Of a stretch of DNA of 64,000 nucleotides, positions 54,201 to 64,000 are shown piece after piece; the first letter of the stretch is position 1, and every line of letters begins with the position of its first letter. Source of the DNA: Tubulanus polymorphus (Eukaryota; Animalia; Nemertea); contig NC_134029.1 in the NCBI RefSeq assembly GCF_964204645.1, positions 20,640,950 through 20,704,949 on the forward strand. Direction: 5' to 3'. The translations under genes were made by a program, and so were the position numbers. Below the pieces are notes generated by a model. The model made no database searches. It saw only the letters and a program-made list of their open reading frames with translations, and had not been told where the DNA came from.

Positions 54201-57200
54201 CATGGCCGGAGTCGTATATTGGAAACTGCCAGGCATGATACCGCCGGGATAGTAATATCCGTAACCGGGAGGTAACGCTCCAGGACTGATATAAGTCTGT
54301 TGATGAGCGGCTGATTGCGTCGGTTGTTGTTGTTGCTGTGTATTCTGCTGCGTCGCCTGTACGGGCGATTGCGCGTCGACACGGCTCATCTTACCGCCGT
54401 CCGTTCCCGAGTACTGCACGCCAGCCGTGTTATTCATGTTCGTCTGGTCCCGGTTTGTCGATAAAGACGTCGGCGGTTGGAATGGCAACGAACTCGTTTC
54501 GTAATAACCGGGCTGGAAACATAGTCGAAAAAACGTGCGTTACGTTAACTATCGCTTCTTCAGGCGATTATGTTCAACTGACAGACCGGTCTACCTGTTA
54601 TCTCGAAATGAAGTCGAGTTTCAACATAAACGAGAGCAATTTGACATCAAAGATCGCAGTTCCATCGAAAATGAACTGAACAAGAAATTATTCTGATTTT
54701 GAGAGTAATGTATTTTGATATTCTTTTAGAGTGGTTGAGATCTTCAAAAGAGTGGAAACTACTCAATGTACTCTCAAATCATAGTCACGTCTGAACTGGT
54801 GCTGCAGGGCGATTTGATATTGGAGGCTTCTCATCCATATGTATAACTAAATTTCCAGTGTATTGGATTCAATGCTAATTAATTCTCACGTCTACTGTTG
54901 ACTCAGGTTGGTAAATATGAGATTGCAGTAGATAGAAAATGGCTTCGCTGTATAATTGCGTTTTGCAATGTTTTTTGTGGACAGACAGCTCACTTACCAG
55001 AGGCAGTCTTTGCTGTAAGAGTTGAAGATCTTCATAACTATACATCGGTTGTTGGAGACCCTGCAACGAAGCAAACATCAATTCGGAATTCGCGAAAAAG
55101 ATGAAACGTGTGACCATAATTACGAATGACCTGCGAATCGCCACTTACAAAATATTGCGGCATTCCGTGTTGTCCCATGATGAAGTTCGGTCCTAATGTC
55201 AGCGGAACCCCTGGCGGTAAATTCGGAGGAGCCTTGGCTAGAAATAGATCAAAGCAAATTGTGACTAGCTATGTCCAATAATACAAGGGGTAGAAGGGAG
55301 TATTCACAAAGTATCTACGCATTCAACATTTCCATTTCCACAAAATTCCCAGCCTTTTATTTTTGGAGAAAGAAAATTTCATGACTCTTCCCCGGTTCTC
55401 CCAGGAAAGTGGCAACCCCCGTTGAAATACAATACGAACAATGCGATATAGATAAGATACTTACTCGTAGCGGTATTTGAGATCTTACTGGTTGCGGTCG
55501 TAGGCGACACCGACGAAGTCGTTAGACCTAAATTGCTAGCGTTATTAACGGCTGACGAGTTACTGGGTGGAGTCGGCGTCGATACGGCGCCGGCAGACGC
55601 GTTCGGTACCGACGACGTCGAATGTTCGTAATTAGCCGTCTGCGTCGAATCCAACGAGTTGTCCTTGACGCCCATTTTTGACAGAGTCTCACCGAGTTTA
55701 GCGGCGTTCATCGCCGACGACGGACCGTACGAACCGAACGCGGCGCCGGTAGTTTGACTCTGGCCCGACGAGTCGCCGCCGCCGCGCGACGGATACGTCG
55801 AATTCGAATTGCTCGGCACCGACGACGACGCCGGGTACGAATTCACCGAATGACTCGACTGATACGCGTTATTCGACTGTCCACTGGAATAAGCCGTAGA
55901 TTGATTACTACTCGAGAAATTGCCCATCGCGCCGGCGTTCGGCGCGTGCGGGTACGATGCCGCCGCCGTATTACCGCCGGCCTGGTTACCGGCGTACGAC
56001 GCCGACGAGACGCCGGGTTGTTGATTCGACGGGTAAACGGTCGACGACTGACCCGTCGTATTGTATGAACTCTGTCCCGATTGGTACGCAGCGGCGGCCG
56101 ACGATTGACTGACGGCGTAGCTGCCACCGGTCGACGCCGACTGCGACGAATTGTACGATTGGTTCTGCGTCCCTTGATATGAACCCGGTTGACTGGACGA
56201 ATATGACGAGGAATCTCTCTGATATGACGAATTTTGTGCCCCGTACGTCGATTGACTATTGTTCTGATAAAGAGACGACTGGTTCTGAAACGACTGGTAC
56301 CCGGACTGGTATGGCGTCCGCGAACTCGGGTACGCACCCGTCGGTTGTTGTTGTTGTTGTTGTAGTCCACCAGATGGAGCCGATGTCAGACTATTCGTAG
56401 AATGAGTAAATCCGGAAGTAGTGGTAGCGTTCGTCGAGTTTTTGTATCCAGAAGTCGGGTAACTAGACGAATAAGCACCCAGCGACGTAGCAGTGTCACC
56501 TATAAATAACAAATCTCATAATCTAAGCATTCACACAAAAACTATTACATTGTCAGAGTGGCCACTTAACACTAATTAACAAATTTCCTGATTTTTCCAA
56601 GTTATAACACAAAATTCGAGGAATTTTTTTGGTTTAAAATTTCACAATTAATCCATTTTTTCTTTGAATCACATGGATTATTAAGAAATGTGTAGTCAAT
56701 AACATATCCAAATTCCCAGTTTTCCCAGATTTCTTCTTTCTTTCTTTTTTTTATAGATTTTTCTGGTTCCCTGACTTTACCAGGTTTTCCAGGTCAGTGG
56801 CCACCCTGACAGTTGAATGATTCGAGATATCATCAATCTATTACCTGATTGTGGTCTTTGAGAGACCATCATTGGACTAGTTTTTCTGTCATTTGGAGAT
56901 GGGAATGGAATGGGCTCAGGAGCGGCGATCTGTGAAAACAACAAGGACATTAATTAAACCATCAGTATCGAATACAAAACATGATCGATATAATGTCCAA
57001 TGATTCATTTACACCAGACCCAACTACTTGTGTCTCCCTTTGTACTAGTTTTCACTGCAATTTGACATTGAAAAAAGTGGTTTCATTGAAACTACATATC
57101 ATTCTGATTTTGAGAGTATCTTAATCATTTTGCTAATAAATGAGCTTTCCTAAGTGTAGTATCTGCTCTCAAATGGTAATGGTAGTCACGTCCGTCGCAG

Positions 57201-60200
57201 CCTGCCTGCCAAAATCCAGATTGTTTAAAGTCTAGTTGCTCAAAGTTGGTTTAAGATAAGCGGCCGATGAATACCATAGTAACAATGAACTTTTTATTGT
57301 CACTATGGCAACTATCCACAGGTCCACCCTATCCAACCTTTGAGCAACCGGCCCCTGATCGATAAATCATGACATACCCCCGTCTTAATAGGAGATTGCG
57401 TGTAGTCTTTGGTAGGAGTTGAAGTGGCAGAACCGGAGAACACACTTGACCGCGAGTTAGCATTGGTTGGTTCGGGAACTATGGCCGATTTCGGTGGCGT
57501 AATACTAGCTAGTAATGCTGACATGGTTGTTGTAGGCTCTGGCGTTTTTGCCCTCACAGGCATGTGATTACCGATAACAGCTGAAGGCGCACTGAAATAA
57601 AACAACATCCAAATAGCAAGTTTGGTTCAGTTTGGTATACATGTATATCATATACCCACGGCGGGTAGAAGCAATTTGGGATTTGTACGACCAGAGGATT
57701 AGACTCAGTGGAATGTCTTCGAGAAGTCCACAGCGCTGAAAGTGTGTAGCTCAGTACAGGGGTCTGGGGTTGCTCCCCTAGAAAACTTTTTCTTATTTGA
57801 TGGTCGTAACATATATTTTATTGGCATTTGGAACAATACAATACCGGTAGCTAATATCATGAATATGAATAGAACTGAATTGGGAAATTATTGGTCCGTC
57901 CAAAGGGCAGTCAGTCGTCTGCCCTGATAGTCATTTCATTATTTCGCTGTAATTGCCAAGGGAGTATATGTAATGAGATAAGATACGAACCTGATTGCGT
58001 TATTGCTGTACGTCAGGCCGGTTGATGTGTCCGAACCAAAACTCAATGTCGATTGATCGGTACCGAAGCCGAATTGTACATCCATGTGGCTCGTAGCCAT
58101 GTGACCGGGCATTTCAACAGCTGATGCGGGAATCTGCGAGATATAAATCGATCCAAGTGAGGAACGTTGTGGTTAATTCTGAGGGTATTTCGGTGGGCTG
58201 TCATGTAAGACAGCTAGTCCATGCCAGATGCTGGCCATAGTAACTGACCCCTGGATGGCCAAGAACTGTGACTGTAACCTATTTTTAGTTTGTGTTAGTG
58301 TAGTACAGAATAAATATCATCAGTTAGCATCAAGAAACCAACGTGTTCGGACTTGTTACTCTCTCAGGCTCACGGTCTTGTCTCAGCCTTTAGCCCTCCC
58401 TGGTCAACAGTTATTGCGACCCACAACGCTGGTTATAAGTTACCACAATTAACTTCAAACGTATGCAATATGACATCGATTATGAACTGGAGTAATGGCT
58501 CATGCGTAGAATCAATATTCTGAAGCATCCCTCGATACAGCTTCACCGAACACAGATCCGGTTTCTCAGTTCATATAGGGCCTAGTCGTAGTTAGGTGAT
58601 ATTTTTTTTTAATCCTTTAAGACGAGGATTGTCTAAGCCAAAAAGGCACATAAGCACTCTTTAAAATCTTTGCGATAAGTAAGCACAATTGCCTTACTAA
58701 TCTTCTTCATAAGTAAGCACTTTGGAGACTTGCTATAAACCCTATGTTACACAGATGTTGGATCAATTTTAAGACCGAATGATCTTTCAAGAATCACACA
58801 GGTTGAACCGCGCCGCGGATTTATTACGGATGTTAAGCAATTCATAATGAATTAACAAACATTTTGAGACTCACTTTGGAAGGTGGAGGAAGCTTCGATC
58901 GCTGTGGTTTGGGTCGTTGAGATGCTACCGGACTCTGAGATACTGATATTGGTTGTTGTCCAGCTGACATTGATGTAGGCAGCAAACCACCGACATTAGG
59001 CTGTGTGACCGCCAGCGATGAACTGTTACCAATCTGAAAAACGATCAAATTACTTCCTAAGAATAGCTATCAACAATAAAATGCTTAGACCGAGAGGACA
59101 CTATCTTCTTAGATTTGCTGTTTTCCTGACTTTACCCAATCCAATCGATCAACTCAGTCCAATACATAAAACATGGAAACTGTTGGATTATATGCACGAT
59201 CTAACTATCTTAACAAATTCCTATGAATTTTCCACGATTTTCTTTTTCTTTTTTTTTTTAATACAAATTTCCTGACTTTTTGAAGAAAATAATCTCCCCC
59301 GATTTTTAAGTAAGTGTCCTGTTAGAGCTTCAAGGCCATTTTATTTAATGTACACTGCAACTCAGGAGCCAAGAATCTAAAATATACTCTTTGACAAGAA
59401 AATCGAAATCGCAGCGATTCTTAATATATCCCATGCGTATAACTTAACAAACTATGGTTACAGATATGCTAGTTAAGTTCATGGGAAATTAGTTAGCATT
59501 CCCTACCATGCTAAATGACTTTTCTAATGACTATCATTTTTATCTTGTACATTGCAAATCGAGAGCCGAGAAAAAATGATATTCTCGGGACAGTTTAATC
59601 TCAATTACAGCGATTTTAATATGTCCCATGCGTATAACTGAACAAACTACGGTCGCAGATATGCTAGTTAAGTTCACAGGAAATAAATTAGCTATCCCAA
59701 ATATGCTTAAAGACTTTTAATGATCATCATCGTATTCTTATTTTGTACACTGCAAATTGAATGCCAAGAAATAAAGGTATTCTCGGGACAGTATAATCTC
59801 AATTACAGCGATTTTGATATGTCCCATGCGTATAACTGAACAAACCACGGTGACAGATGTGTTAGCTAAGTTTATGGGATAAAATAACGAAGCGCTAGAT
59901 GAATTCGCTTACCCCGACGATACTCTTAATAGATTCGGTAGCTTGTTTGGTGTATCGACTCAGAGAATCGGAAGTTTGACTGTTGCTCAAGTCATTTTCT
60001 AGACCAGATCCGGGCGCTTTCGGTTGTAGTATAGGACCTAAATCCAGGCTGAAATCACGACGACGAAATACTGAGTAACTCTAGTTCAAAGACACGATAG
60101 GATTTAGAACCGAAAATTTCTAAACATTAGTTTCATAATACCGCAGGCTGAAGAGCTGTTTCTAAGTCCTGGGCCCAGTTTCACAAAAAAGTTTAACTCA

Positions 60201-63200
60201 AATCTTAGGTGTAATTGCCTACTTATTGTACTGCCTCTTATTTCATGTAACCAATGAGGACAACAATTAAAACTTAACCGTTTTTCGTGAAACCGGGCCC
60301 TGGCTCAATTTGCTTATCAAACATACCTCTGTGTGATGGAGTTGGTTTGATTGAATGGTTCAAGATTAGCCGTCAGCGAACTCGTCAGACTGTTCGACAA
60401 GCTGTTATTCGTCATCGAGTTCAACGTATTCGTGTCCTGGATCGGACTAGAATCCGGATTGTTTCCGATGTTGGTAGCAGTGAACACTTTAGTTTCATTG
60501 AGCTGAAATTCACAGAAATATCAAACACATGACGTAATAGACGGTGGTAATTCTGTATATTATAATAACACGTGACGAAATGGAATTCATGTCGGTAATT
60601 CTATTCATGACTAAGACTTATTTCGAATACTTACATTCCCAGTCCAGGTGTCATTGTCCCAATCTTCTATACCAGACCCCATCCAATCTACGAGAAAAAC
60701 ACATAACGAATATTATCTAGAAGCACGCACTTAACAACTGTAAAACTAAGAAAGCCAAACTGCACATGCGTTGGCCAATTTGAATAGCTTAATCCATGAT
60801 TATCAACATCCGTAAATGTAAATTTTCCAGCTTACCATTTTTCTTCTGTACGGCTTGATCGTTGGTCCAAGTGTCGATCTGTGGTCCGTTGTCGAAAGTG
60901 ACGTTATTTCCGTCTCCTCTATTACTGCCTCCTCGGTCGCCCCCGGAACCTCGGTTTCCGCGACCTCCACCGCGTCCTCGACCACGACCGCCTTGAAAAA
61001 ACGGCCAAGACACAAAAACGATTAGAAAGACGCAAACCGATTATTTTAAACTCATCCGGCGTTTTCATTTTGAGAGATATGAACTATCTTCATTTTTCTT
61101 TCCGAATTATCGTTACCTCGACCACCTCTGCCTCTGCCACGACCTCGATCATTACTGTCCGTGCGATTTCTGTCATTCTCTTCATTTTCTTTACCTCTCC
61201 CTATAAACCAGTTATTTAATCAATCATGACATTTCATAAGGCCAAGAAACACCAAATGAGGATATCATCAGTCACATTCATTCATGCTGGTATTGATAGG
61301 CAGCTTATAGCCACGCCCCCGAAATAGACACATGCGATTCATTTGTCGCATGCCATCACAACTTTTCCTCACAAGCAATTTTAAATTGATAGTAAGTTAA
61401 AGCCTTAAAGTGTTAGCTATTCTCAAGGTGGCCAATTTAATTTGATATGCTTTTTCCCTAACTATTTCCTGATAATCAATTAACACTGCCAAACTACGAA
61501 GAACATACACGGAAACTGACCGATTATATGCGTAGTCTCACCAACAAATTTCTATGACTCGAAGATTTTTTTTAAAAACAAAATTCCTGACCATTCTTTG
61601 ACTTACGAAAGAAAATAAAATTCCCAGACTTTTCCCTGGCTAGTAGCCGCTGTGTTATATCTATGTTTTTTTTTTCAAAAACTGATCATCGATGATGAAC
61701 AATCCAAAGGGTTTTATAGATTGAACACGGCATGAAATCAAACGGCACTTACAAGTTTTGCCTCCGCGTTGGAATCTAGGAATGGCATCGTTGCGTCGTC
61801 CGCGCGATGAACTTTCAGATCTTTCTTTGAATCCAGATGCGTCTCTGTCCGAGCTCTTCTCACGTTTCTCCGACTTGTGTTCGGGTTTCGATTCAGATAC
61901 GTCGGGAGTGTGATTGTTTACGGACGCTTGCTGCACGCGTTTCTTTTTCTTGCCAGTTTCGTGCCATTCGCCCTGGAAAACAACACGCAAAAACTCGTAT
62001 GAAAATCCATCAGATATCAAAACAATACAACGATACAAAGAAATGCTTTACTGCAGGTGTTATCAGCATTTCACTGAATCCTGAACGAATCAGATGAGTA
62101 CTATTTTCCAAATAAATTAAACTAATCTTGATAAAATTAGTAGCATTACTAACACACGGTTCTTACAGATTAGTGATTCCATGATTCCCCTGATATTTCC
62201 AGGACCCTTGACTGAACACTTTCTGATAGAATTTAGAGGTAGCTTAAGCGGAGGACTGTTTCTTGAGGTTCCTCGTGCCTTTCTCACCAGCGAGAAACAT
62301 AAGACACAAAAAATTCAAATTTCTCAAGACTTATATGCCTAATTTTCAAGTAATGAGTGAGAAAATAAGTCTGGAATTTCGCAATTTTCCCCGATCAGTA
62401 AGAATCTGTGCTACAGCCATTGAGAGTTTGACAATAGGCCTACTTAGTTAAGATGAATGGTACCGAAGAGTGATAACAACCTGCTGCCATTAATGTTACC
62501 ACTAAACAAAAGCAAAATTATCAAAATTCTCTATGTGATCGATTTTTACCTGATCTGTAGCTCCTTCCAACAACATGTTAATCGCTTTATTCATATCGAA
62601 GTCACAGTCGTGCAATACGATGACGACTTCATCTTGACTTTTGTGAGTCATTTCTTGAACCTGGATGAAAATGACAAATCGATGATGATACGATAAAAAG
62701 GCGTTTACCTCTGATGCGATTTTCTAATCTATCCTTGAATATGCGGGTACAAACCTGCTTTATAATTTTGAGCTTCAAATCTTCCGTGTGATCTGTTTTG
62801 TCTGATATAATCTGTGCAATACGCATCTGCTCTGCCGTAGCCTGTTAACAAACAATTACAAGATTCAAAATCCAGATCATCATCAGTGACAATACATAAT
62901 AAAATCCAGGGGATGATTCTTCAAAATACAACGGTTTCTTTTTAATAATCATTGCCAACATTTAACAATCTCCTGTCCTTAAGTTGACTAGGTTAACACA
63001 GCTGTTATTGTAATGACTGAACCCCCCCTCATACAACCTACACACTACTGCTATACACTTCGCAGCATCAGATAGCAAAGACATAATAAACTACAGCCAT
63101 TTGCCTGAACCCACATAGATGTCTAACTAAGGCGAATGTCTACTCTCTATCTATGAGAAGGATTGCTGGTTGATGGTAACCGGTTTTAACTAATGGCTGC

Positions 63201-63704
63201 AATTTCAGGTTCCCAAATAGTGTCCCTAACTCTTAACTAGCAACACTGGCGCCTTAGCAGAAAGGTCACTTGCAGCCTTATAACACTCAAATAATAAATA
63301 CCATAGCACTTAATGTGGCTCTTCAAAAAGTTAAGACCCTGCCAGCTGTCCAAGTCCAAAAGTGGTTTTAAATCTTAAGACTGGTCTCAAGTTGTTAGTT
63401 CGGCAATAGAACTTAGTTGGTCCTAGACAGGTCTTAAGTCTAAACCATGACTATACAACCAGCCCCTGGACTCAGTTGCAGTCATGACTGAAGTATGAGT
63501 GGTCTTAAATCCAAAGACAGGTATTTATGATCAATTGGCTATAGAACTAGGATTGCCTTAAATCTAAGCCTTGATTGCGCAACTTGCCTACGAATTACTC
63601 ACTTTAAGCTTTGTATTTGAAACATCTTTATTGGGTACTTGTGTCTGTTGTTGTGGTTTCGGCTTCTCCCTTGTGTTAGCACGCTGGGTGCTTTTAGCAC
63701 TCAT
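51242..63704 (-). CDS. UBAP2: Ubiquitin-associated protein 2 / lingerer family stress-granule protein
   Basis: ATG 63704; ATAEQMRIAQII, UBA-like LHDCDFDMNKAINMLLEG, WHETGKKKK, RGG boxes, SKIPASAVEMPG..DVQFG, S/Q/Y-rich low-complexity exon, KAPPNLPPGVP, YSYEDLQLLQQRLPL, FDKQGFHAGTPPPF, ends YWSN* (TAG 51242-51244). Promoter and first exon lie beyond the window. Likely co-orthologous to UBAP2 and UBAP2L. Confidence 0.93.
52340..52590 (-). mobile_element. tRNA-derived SINE remnant
   Basis: Minus-strand B-box GGGTTTGAATCCC (~52520-52535) followed by a ~180-nt body; A-box degenerate. Confidence 0.4.
56554..56808. mobile_element. hAT-like MITE family with CAGGGTGGCCAC termini (also ~6207, ~17739-17980, 25402-25618)
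   Basis: CAGAGTGGCCAC ... GTGGCCACCCTG inverted ends with subterminal ttccctga/ttttccag repeats; no clean TSD found. Confidence 0.65.
58168..58447 (+). mobile_element. Possible solo LTR (280 bp)
   Basis: TGTGGT...ACCACA inverted termini, internal AATAAA (~58309), composition distinct from the host intron; no TSD visible. Confidence 0.4.
59346..59487 (-). ncRNA. Candidate box H/ACA snoRNA, copy 1
   Basis: Sense to the host gene: hairpin CCCATG..CATGGG, box H ATATTA, hairpin CGCTGCGATT..AGTTGCAGTG, then T-ACA-TTA. Confidence 0.65.
59543..59682 (-). ncRNA. Candidate box H/ACA snoRNA, copy 2
   Basis: Hairpin CCTGTG..CATGGG with pocket AACTT/ATACG, box H ATATTA, second hairpin with CCGAGAA/TTCTCGG upper stem, then T-ACA-AGA; ~140 nt. 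Confidence 0.7.
59741..59880 (-). ncRNA. Candidate box H/ACA snoRNA, copy 3
   Basis: Hairpin CCCAT..ATGGG, box H ATATCA, hairpin CGCTGTAATTGA..TCAATTTGCAGTG, then T-ACA-AAA; ~140 nt. Confidence 0.7.
60172..60299. mobile_element. PIF/Harbinger-like hairpin MITE with CTG target-site duplication
   Basis: CTG|GGCCCAGTTTCACAAAAAA ... TTTTTCGTGAAACCGGGCC|CTG. Related GGCC-ended hairpins at ~20959-21118, ~26930-27073, ~27708-27803, ~63341-63465. Confidence 0.7.
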
Positions 63705-64000
63705 TCTGAATTCACTATATACAAAAGGGACTATTTACAAAAATCTGAAAACGATAAAACGGACATAATCAGTTAAGCTTTGAAATCATATAGGTTTACC
63801 AAGTATCAAATCATTAGCATTTTTTCAGAGTTAGAATAAATAGTAGAAACCGTGCGCTGCACGCAGGGTAGAAGAAAAGCATATCCCCCTAATGCAGAGT
63901 ACAGGCCTGTAGCGGGAGAAATTCATACGCAGGTGGGTTTGTTTCTAATTTGGTAGATTGGAACTCAATGGGGTTCTGGTAAACCTTCATAATTTTGATG

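Noticed and set aside
55754-56400. Arg-rich alternative-frame and antisense ORFs in the large UBAP2 exon
   Set aside because: By-product of TCG/ACG/GCG-rich Ser/Thr/Ala codons.

Overview
Gene-dense, AT-rich eukaryotic window with short GT-AG introns, from an invertebrate animal (a spiralian is my guess; the taxon cannot be shown from the sequence). Ten spliced protein-coding genes were reconstructed by hand: polyubiquitin (+; 10 Ub units, 3 introns at the same codon), a putatively N-myristoylated propeller-like SOCS-box protein (+), a PARP6/8-family mono-ADP-ribosyltransferase with an extra UBA exon (-), CCDC192-like (+), AGGF1 (+), a MATE/SLC47 transporter (+), XPA (+), a tandem double-GST protein (-), ATG13 (+) and UBAP2/lingerer (-). 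Introns carry many MITE-like hairpin repeats, SINE/LINE remnants and a possible solo LTR. The strongest non-obvious signal is a ~197-bp triple repeat in one UBAP2 intron whose units each fold as a box H/ACA snoRNA with structure-preserving substitutions and a pocket complementary to a conserved 18S rRNA segment. Other leads: a frameshifting (poison-type) cassette exon in AGGF1 bracketed by inverted piggyBac-type MITEs, the UBA-PARP architecture, and the double GST with a degenerate second active site. Homology calls rest on remembered family motifs; no database search or folding program was run, and exon coordinates marked ~ are approximate.
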